NCBI GenBank assembly: GCA_900770185.1
Contig: CAAGJM010000035.1
Location: 149,761 to 213,760, forward strand
Length of the DNA: 64,000 nucleotides
Direction of reading: 5' to 3'
From: Clostridia bacterium
GTDB lineage: Bacteria; Bacillota; Clostridia; Christensenellales; Borkfalkiaceae
In this document: positions 48,849 through 57,732 of the stretch, one piece after another
Layout of the letters: each line of letters opens with the position of its first letter
How positions within the stretch are numbered: position 1 is the stretch's first letter
Notes under the pieces: generated by a model
Told to the model about the DNA's origin: nothing
What the model saw: the letters and a program-made list of their open reading frames with translations, nothing else
Database searches by the model: none
Translations under genes and position numbers: made by a program

Positions 48849-48872
48849 CAAGTTTTTCACAATTCGATATAA
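48845..48872 (+). promoter_or_regulatory. sigma-A-type promoter TTGCAA-16-TATAAT for the acp-KS-fab-acc-plsX operon
   Basis: Consensus-like hexamers about 110 nt upstream of the acp ATG. Confidence 0.5.
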
Positions 48873-48982
48873 TTGAACTGTGCGGCGTTATATATATTAT
48901 ATATATAAATATAACCTTGCGCCTGTCCGCCGCCTTAAAGGCTTAGCGGAATATTAAAAATAAAAAATTGAGAGGTATTATT

Positions 48983-49225
48983 ATGAACGAACTCGAAGTA
49001 AAAGCAAAAATCAAAGAAATGTTATGCGACCGTTTGGGCATCGAACCCGAAGCCCTTGAATACGACACCGCCCTTTTCAACGAAGGCATAGGTCTTGACA
49101 GCATCGACTCGCTCGAAATTATTTCGGCAATCGACGAAGAATACGGCGTTTCTATGACGGGCGTAGGCAAAGAACACTTCAAAAACATCGACGCGCTTGC
49201 GGAGTACGTTATCGCGAACGCTTAA
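48983..49225 (+). CDS. acyl carrier protein (divergent, DSIDS rather than DSLD)
   Basis: ..LGLDSIDSLEIISAIDEEYG.. phosphopantetheine-attachment site, 80 aa, RBS GAGAGG. Confidence 0.8.
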   Translation: MNELEVKAKIKEMLCDRLGIEPEALEYDTALFNEGIGLDSIDSLEIISAIDEEYGVSMTGVGKEHFKNIDALAEYVIANA

Positions 49226-49240
49226 TAAGTCGGTTTGGTT

Positions 49241-51613
49241 ATGAAAAACGATAACGTAACTTGCGTTATTACCGGCATCGGCGTTATCAGCGCGATAGGT
49301 AAAAACGTTGAAGAAAACTGGTCGAACATTCTCGCTTCGAAAAGCGGAATCGACCACACCAAAACGATAGACACGGCTAACTGCTACGCCGATTTCAGTG
49401 CGGAAGTTAAAGATTTTGCCGTGCCCGAAAATATCGACCGCGCCACCGCTCTTTGCTTAAAAGCGACTCAAGAAGCGGTCGGCGACGCAAACCTCGGCGA
49501 CTTTAACGGCGATAAGCGCGTAAGCGTTATTATGGGAAGTTGCGTAGGCGGCGGCAGAAGCATAGAAGATTATTATAGAAAAGGTAAAGACGAAAACTGT
49601 ATTTTAAAAATGCCTATTTCCGCCATCGCTAACCACGTTGCAAAAGCGTATAACGCGGGCGGCGTCGTTACGAACGTTGCAAACGCCTGCGCGGCGGGTA
49701 CGATAAGCATCGCTTACGCAGCCGACCTTATACGCGCAAAAAAAGCGGACGTGGTTATAGCGGGGGGCGCGGACGCCTTCTCGTCGGTACCCTACTCCGG
49801 CTTTTTATCTTTGCACGCGCTTGACGAAAACGGCTGCTCGCCCTTCAACCACTCGCACGGCATAACGCTCGGCGAAGGCGCGGGCGCGGTGATAGTCGAA
49901 TCGCTCGAACACGCAAAAGCTCGCGGCGCGAAAATTTACTGCGAAGTTTTGGGTTCGGGGATAAGCAGCGACGCTCACCATATAACCGCACCCCGCCCCG
50001 ACGGTGAAGGTCAGATGAAAGCGATACGCTCGGCGATAAGCTCTTCGGGGATTAGCGAAGCCGACGTCGATTACGTAAACGCACACGGCACCGGCACCGC
50101 TAAGAACGACGAAGCGGAATTTTTGTCTTTACACACCATTTTCGACGGTAAAAACGACAATTTATCGGTTAGTTCCACAAAAGCATACACCGGGCATTGC
50201 TTAGGCGCGGCGGGCGCGATAGAAGCGGTTTACGCCATTAAAGCGTTGAAAGAAAACGTCGTTCCGCCCACCCTCGGATATAGTGAAGAAGATTTAGCCG
50301 TTTTGAAAGAAAAGGCGGGAACCATGGACTTTACGCCCAACAAACCCGTTAAAAAGCAGTTAAACGCCGTTATGAACAACTCGTTTGCGTTCGGCGGCAA
50401 TAACGCAAGCATAATTTTCGGCAAAAATAAACAAGCCCCAGAAAAAGCCGCGGAACGCCGCGACATCGTTATAACCGGCATAGGCGTCGTTTCGCCTATC
50501 GCGAACGGCAAAACGGGTTACGTCGAGAAATGCCTCGAAGGATTTGTTCCGACGGAAGCCGAACAATCTTCTAACGTAACGACTACCGACTACGACAAGC
50601 AAGGTCTTAAAATGGCGTTTTACAGAAAACTTGACCATTTAAGCCAGCTTCAGGCGGTTTCTGGCATGGACGCGCTTAACGACGGCGCATACAAGGTAAG
50701 CGACGAAAACGCATTTAACATAGGTATGATTATCGGCACTTCGGAAGGCGCGCTCGGTCCGAGCCTTGACTTCCAGAGTATTATCGCCGAAAAAGGAAAC
50801 GCAGGCGGCAGCGCGTTCAAGTTCCCCAATACCGTTTATAATGCGGCGGGCGGATATTTATCTATCTGCTCCGGCATAAAAGGTTATAACGTGACCGTAA
50901 CGAACGGCGCGCAATCGGGGCTTCAATCTGCGGCTTATGCGATGCAGGTTATAAGAAACGGCGTCGAAGACGCGATGATTGCTACCGGCACCGACGAAAA
51001 CAGCGGAATTATTTCCGAAATTTATCATATTTTAGGCGTTGCCGCGGGCGAAAGGGTAAACCCCTACGACGGCAAAGATAAATTTTCTCTTTCGTGCGGA
51101 AGCATATCTAACCTTATGGAAACGAAAGAATCGGCAATTAAGCGCGGCGCGACCGTTTACGCGAAAGTTACGGGCTACGGCATGGCGCACGCAAGCGTTG
51201 ACTTCGGCACCGTCGACGGCTCTATCGCAGGTTTAAAAGACGCTATAAGCGAGGCTCTTAGCGACGCAAACGTATCCGCAAGCGACGTAAGCGCGGTTAT
51301 AGGTTTTGCAAACGGCTTAAAAGTTATTGACGATATAGAAACAAACGGGCTTAAAAAGTTCTTCGATTTAGAAAAAACGCCCGTTATAACCGTTAAAAAG
51401 CGCATGGGCGAAGCCCGCGCGGCTTCTGCGGCGCTTGCTCTATCCCACGCCGCCCTTATGCTTCACGGCGATATCGCCGCTGAAAAGGACGCTTACGTTT
51501 TCGTGAACGGCAAGCCCGAACAAACGGAAGTTAAAAGCGCAAATCTTAATAAAATACTCGTCGTATCGTATGCGGTCGGCGGGTCATACACGGCAATCGT
51601 CGTAGAAAAATAG
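49241..51613 (+). CDS. ketosynthase plus chain-length-factor-like didomain protein (KS-CLF fusion)
   Basis: Domain 1 has the condensing Cys (VANACAAG) and both His motifs (NAHGTGT, KAYTGHCLGAAG). Domain 2 aligns to domain 1 but has Gln at the Cys position (VTVTNGAQSGL) and no His motifs. Confidence 0.8.
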   Translation: MKNDNVTCVITGIGVISAIGKNVEENWSNILASKSGIDHTKTIDTANCYADFSAEVKDFAVPENIDRATALCLKATQEAVGDANLGDFNGDKRVSVIMGSCVGGGRSIEDYYRKGKDENCILKMPISAIANHVAKAYNAGGVVTNVANACAAGTISIAYAADLIRAKKADVVIAGGADAFSSVPYSGFLSLHALDENGCSPFNHSHGITLGEGAGAVIVESLEHAKARGAKIYCEVLGSGISSDAHHITAPRPDGEGQMKAIRSAISSSGISEADVDYVNAHGTGTAKNDEAEFLSLHTIFDGKNDNLSVSSTKAYTGHCLGAAGAIEAVYAIKALKENVVPPTLGYSEEDLAVLKEKAGTMDFTPNKPVKKQLNAVMNNSFAFGGNNASIIFGKNKQAPEKAAERRDIVITGIGVVSPIANGKTGYVEKCLEGFVPTEAEQSSNVTTTDYDKQGLKMAFYRKLDHLSQLQAVSGMDALNDGAYKVSDENAFNIGMIIGTSEGALGPSLDFQSIIAEKGNAGGSAFKFPNTVYNAAGGYLSICSGIKGYNVTVTNGAQSGLQSAAYAMQVIRNGVEDAMIATGTDENSGIISEIYHILGVAAGERVNPYDGKDKFSLSCGSISNLMETKESAIKRGATVYAKVTGYGMAHASVDFGTVDGSIAGLKDAISEALSDANVSASDVSAVIGFANGLKVIDDIETNGLKKFFDLEKTPVITVKKRMGEARAASAALALSHAALMLHGDIAAEKDAYVFVNGKPEQTEVKSANLNKILVVSYAVGGSYTAIVVEK

Positions 51614-51622
51614 GAGATTTAA

Positions 51623-52354
51623 ATGAAAGTTGCCATAGTTACGGGTTCATCGCGCGGGATAGGCAAAGCCTGCGCGTTAAGGCTCGCAAAAGACGGCTTC
51701 ACCGTCGTAATAAATTATTCGCACAGCGAAAGCGAAGCGAAAAACGTCCTTAATGAAATAGAATCGTTCGACGGAAGCGGCATGATTTACCGCGCCGACG
51801 TATCTAAGCTTGACGAAGTTAAGGCTATGATGCGCGACGTTTCAAAAACTTACGGACAAATAGACGTGCTTGTAAACAACGCGGGCATCGTTCGCGACGA
51901 ATATCTTTTAATGCTTAACCCCGAAACGCTCGATAAGTGCTTCGATTTAAACGTTAAGGGTTACTTTTACTGCGCTCAGCAGGCGGTGCTTAAAATGTTC
52001 CGTAAAAAAAGCGGCGTTGTTATAAACATGTCGTCGGTAAGCGGAATTTTAGCGTTAGCGGGTCAAAGCGTATATAGCGCGACGAAAGGCGCGGTCAACT
52101 CTTTGACGCAGACGATGGCAAAAGAACTTGCCCCCTACGGTATCCGCGTGAACGCCGTTGCGCCCGGGTTTATAGAAACGGAAATGTTAAACGCGTTAAG
52201 CGACGAAAAAAAGCAGGAATATTTAAACGCTATCCCCATGCACAGGCTCGGTACGGTTGAAGACGTAGCAAACGTCGTTTCAATGCTCGCGTCCGACGCG
52301 GCAAGCTACATTACGGGACAGATTATAACCGTTGACGGGGGCATTTCGCTATGA
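51623..52354 (+). CDS. fabG: 3-oxoacyl-ACP reductase (SDR)
   Basis: TGSSRGIG Rossmann, NNAG, YSATK active site. Confidence 0.85.
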   Translation: MKVAIVTGSSRGIGKACALRLAKDGFTVVINYSHSESEAKNVLNEIESFDGSGMIYRADVSKLDEVKAMMRDVSKTYGQIDVLVNNAGIVRDEYLLMLNPETLDKCFDLNVKGYFYCAQQAVLKMFRKKSGVVINMSSVSGILALAGQSVYSATKGAVNSLTQTMAKELAPYGIRVNAVAPGFIETEMLNALSDEKKQEYLNAIPMHRLGTVEDVANVVSMLASDAASYITGQIITVDGGISL

Positions 52355-52794
52355 TGAACATTTACGGCGTAAACAAATATATTAAACAGCGCCCGCCCTT
52401 TCAGATGATTGAAAAGGTGTTGGAAATCGTTCCGCAAGAATCTGCGGTGGGCGTTAAAACGGTTGCGATAAACGAACCGTGGTTTCAGGGGCACTTTCCC
52501 GATTCGCCTATTCTTCCGGGCGTACTGATAATCGAAAGTTGCGCGCAGCTTTGCTCTATCGTAACGGAAACGTATAGCGCGTCGGACGACAAACTTTACG
52601 TTTTGCTGAAAGTCGATAACTTCAAGTTCTTAAAACCGATTATCCCGGGCGACGTTATGACCGTCTCGGTCAAGAAAAAAAGCGGCGCGGGTCCCCTTTT
52701 TACGTACGAGGCGGTGGTTACGGTAGACGGCGAAATAAGGAGTAAAGGCTCGCTTTCGTTCACCGCCATCCCCGACGTTAAAAACGAACTTTAA
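52351..52794 (+). CDS. fabZ: 3-hydroxyacyl-ACP dehydratase (hotdog fold, FabZ-like)
   Basis: ..HFPDSPILPGVLIIESCAQL.. with catalytic His and the GxxxE-like context. Confidence 0.85.
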   Translation: MMNIYGVNKYIKQRPPFQMIEKVLEIVPQESAVGVKTVAINEPWFQGHFPDSPILPGVLIIESCAQLCSIVTETYSASDDKLYVLLKVDNFKFLKPIIPGDVMTVSVKKKSGAGPLFTYEAVVTVDGEIRSKGSLSFTAIPDVKNEL

Positions 52795-52832
52795 GCTTGG
52801 CGGCAAAAATTAAAGATAACTAAAAGGATTTT

Positions 52833-53759
52833 ATGGCTAAAATTGCATTTTTGTTTGCGGGTCAGGGCGCGCAAACTGTCGGAATGGGTAAAGATTTATA
52901 CGAAACTTTTCCCGCAGCCAAAAGCGTTTTTGACGCGGGCGAGAAAATTTTGAACGGCGTTACGGATATTTGTTTCAACGCCGAAAAAGAAGTTTTAAAC
53001 CAAACCGAAAACACTCAGCCCTGCTTATTTTTAACCGATTTGGCGATTGCGGATACTTTGCTTGCCGCAGGGGTTGTTCCCGACGCGGTCGCGGGCTTCT
53101 CGCTCGGCGAAATACCCGCGCTTTCGTTTGCGGGCGTTATGAGCTTTGAAGACGCGTTTAAATTCGTGGTCGTGCGAGGCAAAGCTATGGCGGAAGCTTC
53201 AAAAAAGCACCCCGGCGCAATGGTCGCCGCGCTGAAACTCGACGCTAAAACCGTAGAACAGACCGCCGCCGAATTCAGCGAAATGTGGCCTGTCAACTAT
53301 AACTGTCCGGGGCAAATCGTTTGCGCAGGGAAGTCCGAACAGGCGGACGAGTTTGCGGAAGCGATTAAACTTGCGGGCGGCAGAGCCGTAAAACTGCCCG
53401 TCAGCGGCGCATTCCACACCCCTTATATGGAAAGCGTTAAGCCCGTTTTAGAAAAAACGCTTAACTATCTTAGCGTAAACGCGCCGAAAACGACTGTATA
53501 CGCAAACCGCACCGCTTTACCCTACCCAAACGTTAAAAGCGAAATTATATCTACCCTTTCATCGCAGGTATGCAATCCCGTCAAGTGGGAACAAACGATT
53601 AAAAACCTGCAAAATAGCGGCATTGACACTTTTATAGAAGTGGGTGCGGGGCAGACGCTTACAAGCCTTGTTAAGCGCACGCTTACGGACGTGAATGTGT
53701 TTACGGTAAACGACGCTGCGGGCGTAAACGCGGTTTTACAGGAACTTAAAGGAGAATAA
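52833..53759 (+). CDS. fabD: malonyl-CoA:ACP transacylase
   Basis: FLFAGQGAQ and the GFSLGE active-site Ser. Confidence 0.9.
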   Translation: MAKIAFLFAGQGAQTVGMGKDLYETFPAAKSVFDAGEKILNGVTDICFNAEKEVLNQTENTQPCLFLTDLAIADTLLAAGVVPDAVAGFSLGEIPALSFAGVMSFEDAFKFVVVRGKAMAEASKKHPGAMVAALKLDAKTVEQTAAEFSEMWPVNYNCPGQIVCAGKSEQADEFAEAIKLAGGRAVKLPVSGAFHTPYMESVKPVLEKTLNYLSVNAPKTTVYANRTALPYPNVKSEIISTLSSQVCNPVKWEQTIKNLQNSGIDTFIEVGAGQTLTSLVKRTLTDVNVFTVNDAAGVNAVLQELKGE

Positions 53760-53765
53760 TTCGTT

Positions 53766-54548
53766 ATGGTTACCCACAGCGAAGTTTTAAAAAAATGCCC
53801 GTTTTGCGGCAAAGAAGTAAGCGTAGGCGAGCTTTTTAAGGTGAATTTTATTTGCCCCGACTGCAAAAATTATTTTCAGGTCCCCGCAAGGGAGCGCGTT
53901 ATGCTTCTATCCGACGAAGGCGAATTTAACGAACTTTTCGGCGCGGAAATATTCATCGACCCGATAAACTTCCCCGACTACAAGCAAAAATACGACTCCG
54001 CAAAGAAAAAAAGCGGCGAGAACGAAGGCGTTTTGTGCGGCGTTACCAAAATTAACGGACATAAAACCTGCATTTTCGTTATGAACAGCGAATTTATGAT
54101 GGGTTCTATGGGTACGGTCGTCGGCGACAGAATAACCGCCCTTTTCGAGTATGCAACCCGCCACAAACTGCCCGTTATAGGCTACACCGTTTCGGGCGGC
54201 GCCAGGATGCAGGAAGGCATACTTTCGCTTATGCAGATGGCTAAAGTTTCAGCCGCCGTCAAAAAGCACGACGAGCACGGGCTTTTGTACGTAGTTTGTC
54301 TGACCGACCCGACCATGGGCGGAGTTACGGCAAGCTTTGCGATGCTCGGCGATATTATTTTTGCCGAACCCGGCGCAAGAATCGGCTTTGCGGGAAGGCG
54401 CGTCGTCGAACAGGTTACGGGCGAAAAACTGCCCGACTTTTTCCAGACCGCCGAATTTCAACTGCAAAACGGGTTTGTAGACGAGATTGTTCCGAGAGAA
54501 ATTCAGAAAGACCACCTTGCAAAATTACTTGAACTGCACGGATATTGA
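53766..54548 (+). CDS. accD: acetyl-CoA carboxylase carboxyltransferase beta subunit
   Basis: N-terminal Zn ribbon CPFCGK..CPDC and a crotonase-like CT domain. Confidence 0.9.
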   Translation: MVTHSEVLKKCPFCGKEVSVGELFKVNFICPDCKNYFQVPARERVMLLSDEGEFNELFGAEIFIDPINFPDYKQKYDSAKKKSGENEGVLCGVTKINGHKTCIFVMNSEFMMGSMGTVVGDRITALFEYATRHKLPVIGYTVSGGARMQEGILSLMQMAKVSAAVKKHDEHGLLYVVCLTDPTMGGVTASFAMLGDIIFAEPGARIGFAGRRVVEQVTGEKLPDFFQTAEFQLQNGFVDEIVPREIQKDHLAKLLELHGY

Positions 54549-54582
54549 CGACGTTCGTTTTTATCCGCGATAAGGAGATTTT

Positions 54583-55434
54583 ATGCCATCGACGGTTTAC
54601 GATAGGGTTTTAAGCACCCGCAAAAACGGGCGCGCGACCGCTATCGACTATATAAATTCAATATTTACCGATTTTATCGAACTACACGGCGACAGAGCAA
54701 CGCAAGACGACCACGCTATCGTGGGCGGCATAGCTAAACTTAACGATATGCCCGTAACCGTATTAGGAATTGAAAAAGGGCGCAACATAACCGAACGCTT
54801 AGACAGAAACTTCGGTTGCGTTCTGCCGAGCGGTTACAGAAAGGCTTTAAGACTTATTAAAGAAGCGGAAAAATTCCACCGCCCCGTCGTTTGCTTTGTC
54901 GATACGCTCGGCGCAAACTGCGGCAAACTTGCCGAAGAACGCGGCGCGGGGGAGGCGATTGCAAAGAACATCGCCGAACTTTCCGCCGTAAAAACACCCG
55001 TTATTTCCGTTATGATAGGCGAAGGCGGTAGCGGCGGCGCGCTTGCGCTTGCGGTTGCGGATAAAGTCTGGATGCTTGAAAACGCATATTATTCGGTAAT
55101 TTCACCCGAATCTTGCGCAAGCATACTGTTTAAAGACCCCGCCCGCGCACCCGAAGCTGCCGAGCACCTTAAACTTTCCGCACACGACTTATATAAAATG
55201 GGCGTTGCCGAAAAAGTTATTGCCGAGCCGAGCGACTTTCAGAATACGGACGAAAGCAATACGTTTATGGAAGGTCTTAAAAACGACCTTTACGACGAGT
55301 TTAAGCGTTTGCAGTTCAAAACGCCCCACCGCTTAATAAGCGAGCGCACCGAAAAGTACAGAAAAATAGGCAGATATAACGAGTACGCCGTAAATAAATT
55401 CAGCGTTTTGGGGCTGTTAAATCTCGGTAATTAA
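54583..55434 (+). CDS. accA: acetyl-CoA carboxylase carboxyltransferase alpha subunit
   Basis: ..PVVCFVDTLGA..GEGGSGGALA.. AccA signature. Confidence 0.9.
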   Translation: MPSTVYDRVLSTRKNGRATAIDYINSIFTDFIELHGDRATQDDHAIVGGIAKLNDMPVTVLGIEKGRNITERLDRNFGCVLPSGYRKALRLIKEAEKFHRPVVCFVDTLGANCGKLAEERGAGEAIAKNIAELSAVKTPVISVMIGEGGSGGALALAVADKVWMLENAYYSVISPESCASILFKDPARAPEAAEHLKLSAHDLYKMGVAEKVIAEPSDFQNTDESNTFMEGLKNDLYDEFKRLQFKTPHRLISERTEKYRKIGRYNEYAVNKFSVLGLLNLGN

Positions 55435-55485
55435 ACGTTTATCATTACTAAAATATAGCCGTTTACGGCTGAATTCGATTTAAAA

Positions 55486-56232
55486 ATGGAAAACAACGAA
55501 CCTAAAAAAATTTTAATAATAAACGGCAGTCCGCATAAAGAAAAAAGCACCACTATGATGATAACCGACGCTTTTACGCGCGGAATGTTATCGGTCGGCG
55601 GGTACCAAGCGGAAACGGTGCACGTTTCCGAACTTAATGTTAAGCCCTGCACGGGTTGTTTGTCGTGCTGGGGACGGACTGAAGGCGAATGCGTTATAAA
55701 AACCGACGATATGCCCGCGCTTAAACGCAAACTTATAGAAGCAGACGTCGTTATCGGCAGCTTTCCGCTCTATTATTTCGGCGTGCCGGGAATTTTAAAA
55801 GTCGTTATAGATAGGCTTTTATCTATGGTTAAAGCCTATCACGGACAATTAACCCCGAAAGATAACGCGCCCGCGCACGAATTCAGATACCCTAAACCCG
55901 GCAAAAAATACGTGCTTATTTCAGGTTGCGCCTACACGGAAACGGACGTCGTATACGTGCCCGTCATTAAGCAGTTCGACCTTATTTTGGGGAAAGACAA
56001 CTACACCGCTCTTTTCTGCCCGCAATTTAAAACCATGGCGGATAACGGCGGCGCGCGCAAAGAGCGCATTTTAAATAAGTTTGTTAAAGCAGGCGAAGAG
56101 TTTGCAAAAAACGGCTGTTTATCGCAGAAAACGATTGAGTCGGCAACCAAGCCGCCGTTTTCGAGCGAAGTTTACAAAACCATATTAAACAGCGTTTGGG
56201 CGGGTGAAAAACTTAAAGGCGGTCTTGTATGA
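55486..56232 (+). CDS. iron-sulfur flavoprotein (Isf)-like NAD(P)H-dependent FMN reductase-fold protein
   Basis: Flavodoxin-like N-terminus ILIINGSPHKEKSTT and the compact Cys motif CTGCLSC..x7..C (Cx2Cx2Cx7C) typical of Isf proteins. The stop overlaps the plsX start (ATGA). Confidence 0.7.
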   Translation: MENNEPKKILIINGSPHKEKSTTMMITDAFTRGMLSVGGYQAETVHVSELNVKPCTGCLSCWGRTEGECVIKTDDMPALKRKLIEADVVIGSFPLYYFGVPGILKVVIDRLLSMVKAYHGQLTPKDNAPAHEFRYPKPGKKYVLISGCAYTETDVVYVPVIKQFDLILGKDNYTALFCPQFKTMADNGGARKERILNKFVKAGEEFAKNGCLSQKTIESATKPPFSSEVYKTILNSVWAGEKLKGGLV

Positions 56233-57194
56233 TTAAACTTAGCGTTGATATGCTCGGCGCGGACAAACCCGAAACGGAGCTTGCGGCGGGCGCGATAAAC
56301 TTTCTTAAAAAAACCGACGATATATTTTTATACGTCTTCGGACACGTTAGCGAATTAAAGCCGCTTTTTTCCGCTTACCCCGAAATTAACGGCAAATACG
56401 AAATAGTCGATTCAGAAGACGCCCTTACGAATTACAGCGACCCTATGCTTGCGTATACCGACGAAAACGCCTCCCTCGTAAAAGCGATGAAGTACGCAAA
56501 AGACGGACTTTCGGAAGGCATCGTTACCCTTGGCGCAACGGGAGCGGTTTTAGTTTGCTCTATTATGATTTTGGGCAAAATTAAAGGACTACGCCCCATT
56601 TTAGCGGTCGAACTGAAAGCGGAAAACGATAAGCCGATGCTTATAGTTGACTGCGGCGCGAATATCGATAGCCGCGCGGAACTTTACGTTTCGTTTGCGA
56701 AACTCGGCGACGCATATATGAAGTGTTTGGGATTAGCGAACCCGCGCATTGCTCTTTTAAGTAACGGCGCGGAAAAAACCAAAGGCAACGAAGCAGTAAA
56801 AGCGGCGCATAAACTTTTGGAAGCAACGCCCGTCAACTTTATCGGCAACGTTGAAGCGACCGGTGCGCTTAGCGGCAGTCAGGACGTTATAGTTGCCGAC
56901 GGGTTCAACGGAAACGTTTTACTGAAATCTATCGAAGGGGTTGCGAAAACCGTCATTGCCGAAATCGAACAAAAAGTGCAAAATTCAAGCGAATTTAAAG
57001 AAGTTTTGGCAACCGTAAAGAAAAAGTACGATTATAATACGCAAGGCGGCGCAATGCTTTTGGGAGTAAACAAACCCGTTATGAAAGGTCACGGTTCGGC
57101 AACGCACGAAGCGATTGAAAATATGCTGCTCCGTTTAAGCGATTTGGCAAAAAACGGCTTTATTGAAAAAGTCCGGTCAAGCTTAGAAAAGTAA
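56229..57194 (+). CDS. plsX: phosphate acyltransferase PlsX
   Basis: MIKLSVDMLGADKPE.. and a PlsX-like core. Confidence 0.9.
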   Translation: MIKLSVDMLGADKPETELAAGAINFLKKTDDIFLYVFGHVSELKPLFSAYPEINGKYEIVDSEDALTNYSDPMLAYTDENASLVKAMKYAKDGLSEGIVTLGATGAVLVCSIMILGKIKGLRPILAVELKAENDKPMLIVDCGANIDSRAELYVSFAKLGDAYMKCLGLANPRIALLSNGAEKTKGNEAVKAAHKLLEATPVNFIGNVEATGALSGSQDVIVADGFNGNVLLKSIEGVAKTVIAEIEQKVQNSSEFKEVLATVKKKYDYNTQGGAMLLGVNKPVMKGHGSATHEAIENMLLRLSDLAKNGFIEKVRSSLEK

Positions 57195-57320
57195 ACAGAT
57201 AAACAATAAAAGTCGCCAACAACTTGGCGGCTTTTGCGTTTTAAAATTTGTTTGCGCCAATACGTCATATTTGCTTGATATTTTTGGTGTTTTGCTGTAA
57301 AATAATTATAAATTAAATAT

Positions 57321-57394
57321 GCGGATGTAGTTCAGTGGTAAAACAACGGCTTCCCAAGCCGTGGTTGCGGGTCCGATTCCCGTCATCCGCTCCA
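57321..57394 (+). tRNA. tRNA-Gly (anticodon CCC)
   Basis: Hand-folded cloverleaf: acceptor GCGGATG/CATCCGC, anticodon stem ACGGC/GCCGT with loop TTCCCAA, T-arm, encoded CCA. A hairpin terminator follows at 57396-57422. Confidence 0.8.
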
Positions 57395-57583
57395 CTTTAA
57401 ACACGCTTAATGCGTGTTTTTTTTGCGGTAGGGGCGAGGACCCGCAGGGTACGGTTGCGCAGAAGAAGTTAAACAAAAACCGTATAAATAATTTGCGCAA
57501 CTTGCCAAGGGGCTCCCCTTTAGGGGTTTCGGCAAATTCCCGTCATCCGCTCCACTTTAAACACGCTTAATGCGTGTTTTTTT
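57376..57583 (+). repeat. direct duplication (about 46-48 bp) of the tRNA-Gly 3' end plus its terminator hairpin, with copies at 57376-57421 and 57536-57583
   Basis: The string ATTCCCGTCATCCGCTCCACTTTAAACACGCTTAATGCGTGTTTTTTT occurs twice, about 160 bp apart. Confidence 0.85.
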
Positions 57584-57732
57584 AATTACGTCTTATTTTA
57601 ATTAAACACCCTTTTTGCTTATTATTGCGATTATTCGCACCTTTTTTGCAAATAAGTTTTCCGGATATTTACAAATGCGCGCAAATGTTATACCATTTAC
57701 GCATAAAAACGGCTTTGCTATGAGAAAAGTTT

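Noticed and set aside
57306-57570. Track ORFs 57306-57500 (-) and 57361-57570 (+)
   Set aside because: They overlap tRNA-Gly(CCC), its terminator and the duplicated tRNA 3' end. No RBS and no coding signal.
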